Shown here piece after piece: positions 32,958 through 42,223 of a stretch of DNA of 47,247 nt. The notes beneath the pieces are model-generated. The model was given only the letters and a program-made list of their open reading frames with translations, was not told the DNA's origin and ran no database searches. Where the stretch lies: the NCBI GenBank assembly GCA_021287085.1, contig JAJTBC010000045.1, positions 1 to 47,247 on the forward strand, written 5' to 3'. The stretch is from Bacillota bacterium. GTDB lineage: Bacteria; Acidobacteriota; Holophagae; Holophagales; Holophagaceae. Made by a program: the position numbers and the translations under genes. Numbering within the stretch: the stretch's first letter is position 1; each line of letters starts with the position of its first letter.

Positions 32958-34519
32958 TTCGACCGTGCTTCTGCGCCTCGGTGCTCACCGCAGCCCTGGT
33001 GGCCCAAACGCCCGCCATTCAGGAGGGCACGCTGAGAGGGCACATGGCCTTCCTGGCCGACGATCTGCTGGAAGGACGGGGCCCCGGCACGCGGGGCGGC
33101 TACTTGGCGGCGAAGTACCTGGAAACGCAACTGCAGATCCTGGGCATGAAGCCCGCCAATGGCACCTCGTACCTCCAGGCGGTGCCGCTGGTGGGGCTGC
33201 GGACCGTGCCGGAGCGCACCAAGCTGGTGTTCCGGGGACTGAAAGGACCGATGGATTTCTCTCTCGGCGAGGGCTATCTGGTGGGCGCGGGCGAAGCTGC
33301 GGAAGAGGTGAAGATCGCCGCGCCGCTGGTGTTCGTGGGCCATGGCGTGACCCTGGAAGGCCGCGACGATTTCAAGGGCGTGGATGTGCGAGGCAAGATC
33401 GTGCTGGCGGTGGTGGGGCCGAGGCCCGATCAGGAGCCGGGCTGCTGCACGCCCAGCCACTATTCCGCCCGCTGGGCCTTCAAGATCGCCCAGGCCCGCA
33501 AGCGCGGGGCGGCGGGGGTGCTGCTCATCCACGAAAGCGCCCAGGCGGGTTATGACTGGCGCGTGGTGAAGGCGGGCTGGACCATCGAGCGGGTGCATCG
33601 CGATCCCCTGGCATCGGGTGCGGCGCTTCAGGGCTGGCTTTCCAACGCCAGCGCCCGTGCGCTCTTCGCGGCGGCGGGTCTGGATTTCGACGCCCTGCGC
33701 AAGGAGGCCGACACCCGGGATTTCCATCCGCGCACGCTGGAAGGCGTGAGTCTTTCCGGGGTGTTGGCCAGCGAGGTGCGCCGCTTCCAGGACTGGAACG
33801 TGGCAGGCGTATTGCCCGGCACGGACCCGGAACTGGCCAAGGAAGCGGTGATCTACTCGGCCCATTGGGATCATCTGGGTGTGGATCGGCGCACGGGCCG
33901 CACCCTCAACGGCGCGGTGGACAATGCCTCCGGCTGCGGCGGCGTGCTGGCCATCGCCCAGGCCATGGTGGGCAAGCCCACGCGACGCAGCCAGATGTTC
34001 TTCTTTCCTGCGGTGGAAGAGCCGGGCCTGCTGGGCGCCGAGGCTTTCGTGGCCCATCCCCTGTGGCCCCTGGACAAGATCGTGGCGGTGCTGAACCTGG
34101 AAAGCCTCAATTTCGCTGGTCCCACGCGGGATATCGGCCTCGCGGGTTCCGAAGGCAACACCCTGCGGGACATCGGCGGCGAGGTCGCCCAGCGCATGGG
34201 TTTGAAAGTGACGCCCTCCAAGCCCGATCCTGCAGGGCTATTCTTCCGCTCCGATCATTTCCCCTTCGTGAAAGCGGGCGTACCTGCCTTTTCGCCGGGC
34301 TTCTCCCTGGACGGCGGCTGGGACTACATTCACGAGCAGGATGGCCTCAAGGCCAAGGACTACGTGGCCAAGCACTACCACCAGAGCTCCGATCGCTACG
34401 ATCCCCAATGGGATCTGCGGGGCATGATGCAGCAGATCCAATTCATTCATGCGCTGGGCGTGGAACTGGGCAACCGGGCGGATCGCCCCGTCTGGAAAGG
34501 GCCCGCCAGGCATTGGTAG
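32954..34519 (+). CDS. M28 family metallopeptidase with PA domain, secreted
   Basis: The ATG overlaps the rsmB stop (ATGA), followed by a signal peptide. 'HWDHLG', 'GAVDNASGCGGVLAIAQ' and 'AVEEPGLLGA' are M28 zinc-ligand motifs. Confidence 0.88.
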   Translation: MIRPCFCASVLTAALVAQTPAIQEGTLRGHMAFLADDLLEGRGPGTRGGYLAAKYLETQLQILGMKPANGTSYLQAVPLVGLRTVPERTKLVFRGLKGPMDFSLGEGYLVGAGEAAEEVKIAAPLVFVGHGVTLEGRDDFKGVDVRGKIVLAVVGPRPDQEPGCCTPSHYSARWAFKIAQARKRGAAGVLLIHESAQAGYDWRVVKAGWTIERVHRDPLASGAALQGWLSNASARALFAAAGLDFDALRKEADTRDFHPRTLEGVSLSGVLASEVRRFQDWNVAGVLPGTDPELAKEAVIYSAHWDHLGVDRRTGRTLNGAVDNASGCGGVLAIAQAMVGKPTRRSQMFFFPAVEEPGLLGAEAFVAHPLWPLDKIVAVLNLESLNFAGPTRDIGLAGSEGNTLRDIGGEVAQRMGLKVTPSKPDPAGLFFRSDHFPFVKAGVPAFSPGFSLDGGWDYIHEQDGLKAKDYVAKHYHQSSDRYDPQWDLRGMMQQIQFIHALGVELGNRADRPVWKGPARHW

Positions 34520-34535
34520 CCATCGGGAGTACGCG

Positions 34536-34562
34536 AAAACCCCCGCCGAGGGCGGGGGTTTT
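34536..34562. terminator. Bidirectional intrinsic terminator
   Basis: AAAA-CCCCCGCC-GAG-GGCGGGGG-TTTT lies between the convergent M28 peptidase (+) and pilC (-). Confidence 0.85.
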
Positions 34563-34582
34563 CATTTGAGGGGAACGGTGGA

Positions 34583-35782
34583 TCAGTCCTTGCCCATCAC
34601 GTTGGCCATGTTGAAGATCGGCAAGTACATGGCCACCACGATGAAGCCGATGATGCCGCCGAGGATGGCGATGATGAGGGGTTCCATAAGGGAGGTGAGG
34701 CTGGCCACGGCATTGTCCACTTCGTCCTCGTAGAAATCCGCCACCTTGGAGAGCATGGCGTCCAGGGCGCCCGTAGCTTCGCCCACACCCACCATCTGCA
34801 CCACCATGGGCGGGAAGACCTTGGTTTCGGCCAGGGGTGTGGCGATGTTGCGGCCTTGTTCCACGGCGTCCTTGCTCTTGAGGATGGCGTTCTGGATCAC
34901 CATGTTGCCGGAGGTGCGGGCGGTGATGTCCATGCCTTCGAGAATGGGCACGCCGGAACTGGTGAGGGTGCCCAGAGTGCGACAGAACCGGGCCACGGCC
35001 GTCTTGCGCAGGATGTCGCCGATGACGGGAATCTTGAGGAAGAACGAATCCATCTGGAGGCGACCGTTGATGGTGCGGTAGTAGTAGCGCAGGCCGAAGA
35101 AGATCAAAACGACGAAAATGGCCACCACCCAGAAGTACTTGATCAGCACGTTGGAGATGCCGATGCAGACTGTGGTGGCGAAAGGCAGGCTGCTGCCCAT
35201 GCCTTCATACATCTGGGCGAAGACGGGGATCACCTTGATCATGATGACGGCCACCACGATGACGGCGAGGGTCAGCACCACGATGGGATAGGTCATGGCG
35301 CCCTTCACCTTGGCGGTGAGCTTCACGGCCTTTTCGATGTACATCGAGAGGCGCTGGAGGATGACGTCGAGAATGCCGCCCGCTTCGCCAGCGCCCACCA
35401 TGTTCACGTAGAGATCATTGAAGGCCTTGGGGTGCTTGGAGAGGGCCGCCTGCAGCGTGGCGCCGCGCTCCACGTCGCCGCGCACGGCGTTGATGATCTT
35501 CTGGAAGCCTTTGTCGGTCTGCTGGGCGCCAAGGATTTCAAGGCATTGCACCAAGGGCAGGCCGGCGTCGATCATCACGCTGAACTGGCGGGTGAAGATG
35601 GCAAGATCCTTGGATTTCACCTTGCCGAGGGATTTGGTGTCGGCGGACTGGGCGCGGATGGACATCACCTGGATGCCGTTGCGCTTGAGCGCCGCGGTGG
35701 CCTGATCCTTGGTGTCGGAGACGATCACCCCTTCCTGGACTTCGCCAAGCCGGTTTTTACCTTTCCATACAAAAGCTGGCAT
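34583..35782 (-). CDS. pilC: Type IV pilus platform protein PilC (GspF family)
   Basis: The 399-aa ORF has two GspF repeats with three TM segments. N-terminus 'MPAFVWKGKNRLGEVQEGVI', plus 'PLVQCLEILG' and 'PILEGMDITA'. Confidence 0.92.
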   Translation of the reverse strand: MPAFVWKGKNRLGEVQEGVIVSDTKDQATAALKRNGIQVMSIRAQSADTKSLGKVKSKDLAIFTRQFSVMIDAGLPLVQCLEILGAQQTDKGFQKIINAVRGDVERGATLQAALSKHPKAFNDLYVNMVGAGEAGGILDVILQRLSMYIEKAVKLTAKVKGAMTYPIVVLTLAVIVVAVIMIKVIPVFAQMYEGMGSSLPFATTVCIGISNVLIKYFWVVAIFVVLIFFGLRYYYRTINGRLQMDSFFLKIPVIGDILRKTAVARFCRTLGTLTSSGVPILEGMDITARTSGNMVIQNAILKSKDAVEQGRNIATPLAETKVFPPMVVQMVGVGEATGALDAMLSKVADFYEDEVDNAVASLTSLMEPLIIAILGGIIGFIVVAMYLPIFNMANVMGKD

Positions 35783-35853
35783 TGGAACCTCTCAAGGGAT
35801 GGGTGCTGATCTGAAACCAGGATAGGGCGGGAAGGCCTTATGGGAAAGCTGCT

Positions 35854-37038
35854 TTAAGAATATTTAATGTTGGGGTTCCGTCCCCCAATGAGGGGCGATA
35901 CCGCAGCTTTGGCCTGGGGCGCGGGAGTCGGCGGGGCTCCGTGGGTGCCCACGCCGCGGTTGATGAGCTCTCGCAGTTCTTCCTGGTTGGAGCTGTAGTT
36001 CATGGCTTCATCCTGGGAGATTTCCCCCGCCAGCACGAGGCTCGACAGACTCTGGTTGAAGGTCTGCATGCCGTGCTTGAGCTGGCCGGTCTGCATGGAG
36101 CTGTAGATCTGGTGGATCTTGTCTTCGCGGATGAGGTTGCGGATGGCAGGGGTGGGCACCATCACTTCCAGGGCCAGAGCGCGACCCTTGCCGCTGGCCT
36201 TGGGGATGAGGGACTGGCAGATGACACCTTCGAGCACCAGGGACAGCTGGGCGCGGATCTGGGGCTGCTGGTAGGCGGGGAACACGTCGATGATGCGGTT
36301 GATGGTCTGCACCGTGGAGTTGGTGTGCAGGGTGCCGAAGGTCAAGTGGCCCGTTTCGGCGATGGTCAAGGCGCTTTCGATGGTTTCGAGGTCGCGCAAT
36401 TCGCCCACCAGCACCACGTCAGGATCCTGGCGCAGGGCCGAGCGGAGCGCCTTCTTGAAGCTGTGGGTATCGGCGTGGATCTCCCGCTGGTTCACCAGGC
36501 AGCGCTTGTGCTTGTGGACGTATTCCACAGGGTCTTCGATGGTGAGAATGTGCAGGGGTTCCCGCTCGTTGATGTAGTCGATCATGGCGGCGAGGGTGGT
36601 GGATTTGCCCGAACCCGTGACGCCCGTCACCAGGATCAGTCCCCGGGGTTTCTCGCAGAGGGTGCTGGCCACCGGCGGCAGACCCAGCACTTCGAAGCTG
36701 CGGATGTTCTCGGGGATGGTTCGGAAAGCGCCTGCGGTGGCGCCCCGCTGGTTGAAGACATTGGCGCGGAAGCGGGACACCCCCTGCAGACCGAAGGAGA
36801 AATCCACTTCCAGATCCTCTTCCAGACGATGCTTCTGCTGGTCCGTCATCACGCTGTAGCAGAGCCAGCGCGTCTGGGAGGCATCCAGGGGCGGCAGCTT
36901 GAGGGGCACCATGCGCGAATCGATGCGGATCTGCGGCGCGGAATCCGTGGTGATGTGGAGGTCGGTGCCGCCGTACTCCACCATGGTCTTGAGCAACTGC
37001 TGGAGAGAAACGACGTAATGATTACTGTTCTCAGCCAT
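35854..37038 (-). CDS. pilT: Type IV pilus retraction ATPase PilT (with ~35-aa Pro/Ala-rich C-terminal tail)
   Basis: The ATG at 37038 is preceded by GGGAGG. Walker A 'GVTGSGKST', 'AIRNLIRE' and 'GHLTFGTLHTN' are present. The track ORF start at 37113 adds an Arg-rich extension I consider spurious. Confidence 0.92.
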   Translation of the reverse strand: MAENSNHYVVSLQQLLKTMVEYGGTDLHITTDSAPQIRIDSRMVPLKLPPLDASQTRWLCYSVMTDQQKHRLEEDLEVDFSFGLQGVSRFRANVFNQRGATAGAFRTIPENIRSFEVLGLPPVASTLCEKPRGLILVTGVTGSGKSTTLAAMIDYINEREPLHILTIEDPVEYVHKHKRCLVNQREIHADTHSFKKALRSALRQDPDVVLVGELRDLETIESALTIAETGHLTFGTLHTNSTVQTINRIIDVFPAYQQPQIRAQLSLVLEGVICQSLIPKASGKGRALALEVMVPTPAIRNLIREDKIHQIYSSMQTGQLKHGMQTFNQSLSSLVLAGEISQDEAMNYSSNQEELRELINRGVGTHGAPPTPAPQAKAAVSPLIGGRNPNIKYS

Positions 37039-37049
37039 TGAGGCCTCCC

Positions 37050-38891
37050 TCAGAGCACGGTTTCGCGCACGATTTCTTCGATGTTGGTGACGCCGTCCAG
37101 AACTTTTCGGCACCCTGAGCGCCGAAGTGTAATCATGCCTTCCTTGATGGCCTGATCCCGCAATTCCATGGCGCTGGCCCCCGTGAGAATCATGTCCCGC
37201 AGGGTTTCGGACATCTCCAGCACTTCGTAGAGGCCCACGCGGCCCTTGAAGCCCTTGTGGCTGCAGGTTTCACAGCCCATGCCCTTCATCACCGTGATGC
37301 CCTTTTTCACTTCGGCTTCGGTGAATCCGATCTTGAGCAGGGCTTCGGGCGGGGGCTGATGGGGATCCGGGGCCTTGCACTTGGCGCAGACGCGCCTCAC
37401 CAGGCGCTGGGCACAGATGATGTTCACGGAAGTGGCCACCAGGAAAGGCTCCACGCCCATGTTCATGAGACGGCTGATGGTGGAGGGGGCATCGTTGGTG
37501 TGTAGCGTCGACAGCACCAAGTGGCCCGTGAGGGAGGCCTTGATGGCGATTTCGGCGGTTTCGAAATCGCGGATCTCGCCCACCAGGATGATGTTGGGAT
37601 CCTGGCGCAGGAAGGAGCGCAGGGCCGCCGCGAAGTTCAGGCCGATCTGTTCCTTCATCTGCACCTGGTTGATGCCCGCAAAATTGAATTCCACGGGATC
37701 TTCCGCCGTCATGATGTTCACGTCGGTCTTGTTGAGCTTGGAGATGGAGGAGTAGAGAGTGTTGGTCTTGCCGGACCCGGTGGGCCCCGTCACCAGCACC
37801 ATGCCGTAGGGCTTCTCGATCTGGCGGTCCCATTGCACAAGGCTTTCCGGCTCGAAGCCCAGCTTGGTGAGATCCAGCATGAGCTTGTCGCTATCCAGCA
37901 GCCGCAGCACGATCTTTTCGCCGAAGAGCGTGGGCAGGATGGATACGCGGTAGTCGATGACCTTCTGCTGCCCGCCCAGATTGACCCGCAGCTTGATGCG
38001 ACCGTCCTGGGGCAGCCGCTTTTCCGCGATGTTGAGCTTGGCCAGGATCTTGATGCGGGAGGTGACCGGATCTTTCAGCTTGATGTTGGGCCGCATCACT
38101 TCGGTGAGCAGACCATCGATGCGGAACCGGATGCGCAGGAGCTTCTCGTAGGGCTCGATGTGGATATCCGAGGCGCCTTTGCGAATGGCCTCCACCAGTA
38201 CGGTATTCACCAGGCGGACCACGGGCGCTTCTTCGCCGCCTTTCGCCAGGGCCGCGGCATTGATGTTTTCTTCTTCCGTGAAGGTTTCGTACTCGGTGTC
38301 CTCGTCGCTCAGTTCCGCTTCCAGATCCTTCAGATCCAGGGCCTCGCCGGCCGCTTCGTCGAACGCGGCTGCATTGAACTGCGTCGCCTGGCCGGAGGCT
38401 TCGGGAGCTGCGCTCTGGCCCTTCTTGGAGGAGTAGAGGTCTTCCCGGAGCCGAAGGCCGCTGGAGCCACCGTAGTAGCGTTCAATGCCTCGGGTCAGGC
38501 CCATTTCCGAGGCCACCACGGGGTCGATGTTGTAGCCCGTGTGGAAGCGCACATCGTCCATGGCGAAGATGTCCGTGGGATCGGACATGGCCAGGGTGAG
38601 CACGTTGCCGGAACGCTGAAGGGGCAGCACCTTGTGCTTGTTGGCCAGTTCCGCGGGCACCAGGGCGATGATGGAGGCCTCGATGAGGGGCCACTGGTCC
38701 AGATCCGCCGCAGGCACCCCGTACTGCATGCCCAGGAAACTCACGATGTCCTGATCCGAGCAGAAGCCCTGGCGAACGACGATCCCACCGAGCTTTCCGC
38801 CTTCGCGTCTCTGTATTTTCAGAGCGTCTTCAAGCTGAGCTTCGGTAATCAGCTGGGCCTTTACGAGCATGTCGCCAAGCTTGGTGGCCAA
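37050..38891 (-). CDS. pilB: Type IV pilus assembly ATPase PilB (GspE family) with N-terminal MshEN/T2SSE_N domain
   Basis: TTG start lies 5 nt after GGAGG. Walker A 'GPTGSGKTN', a tetracysteine motif 'CAKC...CETC' and the GspE core are present. The N-terminus starts 'KLGDMLVKAQLITEAQLEDALKIQ'. Confidence 0.92.
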   Translation of the reverse strand: MATKLGDMLVKAQLITEAQLEDALKIQRREGGKLGGIVVRQGFCSDQDIVSFLGMQYGVPAADLDQWPLIEASIIALVPAELANKHKVLPLQRSGNVLTLAMSDPTDIFAMDDVRFHTGYNIDPVVASEMGLTRGIERYYGGSSGLRLREDLYSSKKGQSAAPEASGQATQFNAAAFDEAAGEALDLKDLEAELSDEDTEYETFTEEENINAAALAKGGEEAPVVRLVNTVLVEAIRKGASDIHIEPYEKLLRIRFRIDGLLTEVMRPNIKLKDPVTSRIKILAKLNIAEKRLPQDGRIKLRVNLGGQQKVIDYRVSILPTLFGEKIVLRLLDSDKLMLDLTKLGFEPESLVQWDRQIEKPYGMVLVTGPTGSGKTNTLYSSISKLNKTDVNIMTAEDPVEFNFAGINQVQMKEQIGLNFAAALRSFLRQDPNIILVGEIRDFETAEIAIKASLTGHLVLSTLHTNDAPSTISRLMNMGVEPFLVATSVNIICAQRLVRRVCAKCKAPDPHQPPPEALLKIGFTEAEVKKGITVMKGMGCETCSHKGFKGRVGLYEVLEMSETLRDMILTGASAMELRDQAIKEGMITLRRSGCRKVLDGVTNIEEIVRETVL

Positions 38892-38956
38892 GGATGCCTC
38901 CGGGTTGATGGCCTGAAGTCTATCATCCTGGCCCCTCAGTCAGTATCCTTCATGGC

Positions 38957-40927
38957 ATGTCCTCCTCATCTCCGTCCACCCAGCGCTTGGACAAGGCCCT
39001 GGAACTGATCCGGGAAAAGGGGCTTTCGCGCAAGGATCTGGAGCTGCTGGAGGAGATCCTGAAGCTCGACGCCTCCGATCTCGCGCCCATGTTCCGGGCG
39101 GATTCCGATACGCCAGTTCGGCCCGAAGAATACCCGCTGGCGGCCAGACTGCGGCGATCCTTCGGCCTGCTGCTGGCCTTCCTGAGCACCTTTTCCGATC
39201 GGCGCCTGGGGGAGATCCGCTCTGCCATGGGGCAGGTGATCCTTCACAGCCTGGCTCATCTGGAAGCCATGGCCGAAGCCGCTCGGCGGGAAGCCTCCAG
39301 CCATCGCCAGGAACCCGAATGGGTGGTGGGCCTGCTGGATCTCATCGCCAGCCTCCGAGCCATGTCCTCCAGCCTTGTTTCGGAGGATGGCGCCTGGTTG
39401 ACCGAGCATTGGGCCGGGTTCCTGCAACAGAATCGTGAGCATTTCAGGGGCATCCTGTCGGCCATGGGCCAGGAATCCGAGCGCTCCTCGGAATGGCGAG
39501 GGCGTCTCAACCAGCAGATCAAGGCCCTGAACAGCGCCTTGCAGAACAATTCAGGGCGGCCCCTGGAACAGATCCGCCGCCTGGAGGCCATGCTCACCAG
39601 CGCCTTGCCTGAAGCCACTCGCACCCACGCCGAGCCGCTGCTGCTGGTGCAGTGCGTCATCGCCAGCCTGCGCATGAACCTGGCCCGGCCCCTGGATCGC
39701 GGCGTCCACTGGCCGGGTATCGAGAACGTGCGCGGCAGCCTGCACTGGCTCTGGAATCACCTGGGCTGGTCCCTTCCCCGCGTGGGCAAGGCTTTTTTCG
39801 AGGAGCGCCTGCCCTTGGGGGTGCGGGATCTGCTTAAGCAGTTGCGCCGCTCCAATCCTTCGGCCTTCCGCATCGTGGCCCGGGCCTTGGCCAGCCACCT
39901 GACGCTGGTGAGCCTGGTGGAAGGCATGGAGCCTGCGGTCAATGCGTCGGTTTCCGAGCGCTACGCCGCCGTGCCGGTGTTCTTCGTGGTGGAATCGGAA
40001 CTTGGGCGGCTGGCGGAGCGGGTCTATCATCCACGCATCGCCGAAGCTCTGCCGGAGGGCAACGACGAGGAACGGCTGCTGCTGAGCGCTTTCCTGCGCC
40101 AAGCGGTGCTGGCCCTGGTGCAGGACCAGGCCACCATCCGAGGGCTGCTCCAGCAAGCTCTGGTCAACCAGGACGGCGATCAGCTGGCCAGCAGCCTGGA
40201 TAATCTTCGGGCACTCCTGCTTTCCCATCAGCGCCAGCTCATGGCCGATCTCGTGGGCCTCTTTTCGCCGGAGCTGCGCCTTCGACTTTTCCCCGATTCC
40301 CCTTCGCTCACGGAAGAAGGCGACCGCCTGCGTCAGCGCCTGCACCGGCTCTGGGAGTACCTGGATCCCGCCCTCCAGGACATTCGCCTGCACCTTGAGC
40401 TGATGGATTTGCCTCGCCTCGCGCTGTCCCTCGGCCAGGTACAGAACCAGTTGGCCTCCTTCCGGCGCAGCCCGGAGTTCCTGCTGATCCGCAACCAGGA
40501 TCGCCAGGAACTGGATCGCCTCACACAGCAGATGATGCGCCTGCTGGATCGGCCCGAGGATCTGAGCGCAGCCCTGCGCGAAGGGGCGGATCTGGCCGAA
40601 GAGCTGCTGAGATTCCTGGATGTCTTCCTGCTCCGCATCAACGCGCGCGTGCCGCTGATCCGCCTGGATCTCACCACCGCTCGCGAAGCGCGCCAGGTGG
40701 GCCTGGAGGTCGGCGAGCTGGCGCTGGGTTCCCAGGAGCGCACTCGCGCGGCCCACAAGCTCATCCAGGTGGCCAAACACCTGGGCGTGCGCGATGCCCA
40801 GACCACCCATCTGCTCAAGCGTTGGGTGCGGGCGGAGCGAGGAGGTCGAGAGCCTGGCCCTTCCCTCGAGGCGCTGGCTTCCCACCTGGGTCGTCTTTCC
40901 TCGCGCCTTGAAGCGGCCATGGGGTGA
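38957..40927 (+). CDS. Large all-helical cytoplasmic hypothetical protein
   Basis: The 656-aa ORF is Leu/Arg/Glu/Ala-rich, with no TM segment and no recognised motif. It is divergent from pilB and ends 6 nt before the GGDEF gene. Confidence 0.65.
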   Translation: MSSSSPSTQRLDKALELIREKGLSRKDLELLEEILKLDASDLAPMFRADSDTPVRPEEYPLAARLRRSFGLLLAFLSTFSDRRLGEIRSAMGQVILHSLAHLEAMAEAARREASSHRQEPEWVVGLLDLIASLRAMSSSLVSEDGAWLTEHWAGFLQQNREHFRGILSAMGQESERSSEWRGRLNQQIKALNSALQNNSGRPLEQIRRLEAMLTSALPEATRTHAEPLLLVQCVIASLRMNLARPLDRGVHWPGIENVRGSLHWLWNHLGWSLPRVGKAFFEERLPLGVRDLLKQLRRSNPSAFRIVARALASHLTLVSLVEGMEPAVNASVSERYAAVPVFFVVESELGRLAERVYHPRIAEALPEGNDEERLLLSAFLRQAVLALVQDQATIRGLLQQALVNQDGDQLASSLDNLRALLLSHQRQLMADLVGLFSPELRLRLFPDSPSLTEEGDRLRQRLHRLWEYLDPALQDIRLHLELMDLPRLALSLGQVQNQLASFRRSPEFLLIRNQDRQELDRLTQQMMRLLDRPEDLSAALREGADLAEELLRFLDVFLLRINARVPLIRLDLTTAREARQVGLEVGELALGSQERTRAAHKLIQVAKHLGVRDAQTTHLLKRWVRAERGGREPGPSLEALASHLGRLSSRLEAAMG

Positions 40928-40933
40928 TGCGCC

Positions 40934-42085
40934 ATGTCTACGCTTTTCTGGATCGGCATCCATCCCTCGGAACGGGAACCCCAGTTGCGAGCGGCGCTGG
41001 CCAAAGCGGGCTTCCGATGGGAAGCGGGAGCTGGGCGTGGAACCTGCCTGCTGGTGGTGGATCGCCCTGATCCCAGGTACATTCCGAGCTCGGCCCTGGA
41101 GATTCTGTGGTGGGTGAAGGACGCCACTCCCGAGGAAGCCAGCGAAGTGCTGGCGCGCCGTCCTGGTTGGGTGCTGCGTCAATCCATGCCCCTGGAATCG
41201 GCGCTCACGGCGCTGCAGCACGTGCGAGATCGGGATCTGGGCAGCGAAGGCTGGCTGCGCCAGATGCTCCATCTCGCCACGTTGGATGAACTGCTGAGGC
41301 TCGTGCTGGTGCGGGCGGAGCAGCTCTCCGGCGCCGAGGGCGGTGCCATCTGGGTGCGTCAGGATGACATTCTCTACCAGCGTTGCGGGGAAGGTTTCGC
41401 CGAGGCGCCGCTGAGCCTGCAGGAAGCGGAATGCCTCGTACGCGAAGGGCGCGCCTGGCCCATCTGTCCTGATTCGCGCATGGGCATCCTGCGCCTCAAG
41501 AATCCCAAGGGCGATCCCACACCCTCCCTGGCCTGGATCCAGGACGTGAAGGATCTGCTCGTCAACGCATGGAACCTCGAACAGAGCCAAGCCCTTTCCT
41601 TCCGCGACGACCTCACCGTGGCGCTCAATCGTCGCGCCCTGGAGGTCGATCTGCCTCGCATCATCCGCGAGGCCGCGGCCCGCAATGATTCCGTGGCCCT
41701 CCTTTTCCTGGACGTGGACAATCTCAAGCTCCTTAACAGCCGCTTCGGCCATCCAGTCGGAAGCAAGGTGCTGAGTTATGTGGCTATGGAGGCCCAGCGC
41801 ACCATCCGTGCCCAGGATCGCCTGTACCGCTACGGAGGCGACGAATTCTGCGTGGTCATATCCGGCACCTCGGTACTCGGTGCAGGCAAGATGGGCGATC
41901 GACTGGTGCAGTGCCTTGCGGAGCGCGCCATGCGGATTGGGGAGACGGAAGTGCCCGTCTCCGTTAGCATTGGAATTGCGGTGTATCCCTTCCACGCCGA
42001 TGGTGCCGAACAACTGGTGGAACAGGCCGATCGGGCGCTGTTCCGCGCGAAATCGGAAGGCAAAGGCCGAGTGGTGGTGGCTTGA
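40934..42085 (+). CDS. Diguanylate cyclase: degenerate REC-like N-terminus, GAF-like domain, GGDEF domain
   Basis: An intact 'RYGGDEFCVVI' is present, with the I-site 'RAQD' five residues upstream. Further motifs: 'LNRRAL', 'FLDVDNLKLLNSRFGH' and 'ADRALFRAKSEGKGRV'. Confidence 0.88.
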   Translation: MSTLFWIGIHPSEREPQLRAALAKAGFRWEAGAGRGTCLLVVDRPDPRYIPSSALEILWWVKDATPEEASEVLARRPGWVLRQSMPLESALTALQHVRDRDLGSEGWLRQMLHLATLDELLRLVLVRAEQLSGAEGGAIWVRQDDILYQRCGEGFAEAPLSLQEAECLVREGRAWPICPDSRMGILRLKNPKGDPTPSLAWIQDVKDLLVNAWNLEQSQALSFRDDLTVALNRRALEVDLPRIIREAAARNDSVALLFLDVDNLKLLNSRFGHPVGSKVLSYVAMEAQRTIRAQDRLYRYGGDEFCVVISGTSVLGAGKMGDRLVQCLAERAMRIGETEVPVSVSIGIAVYPFHADGAEQLVEQADRALFRAKSEGKGRVVVA

Positions 42086-42223
42086 AGGGCATCAAAAAAT
42101 CAGCACGAAGAAAAGCAATAAACAGGATGGTGGGATGGACAGGTTGAGAAGGAAGGGTAGGTGGGGAAGTATCAGTTGCCTTTTCCTTTTTCCTGTTGAT
42201 CCGGTGATTTTCAGGAGGCTGCC

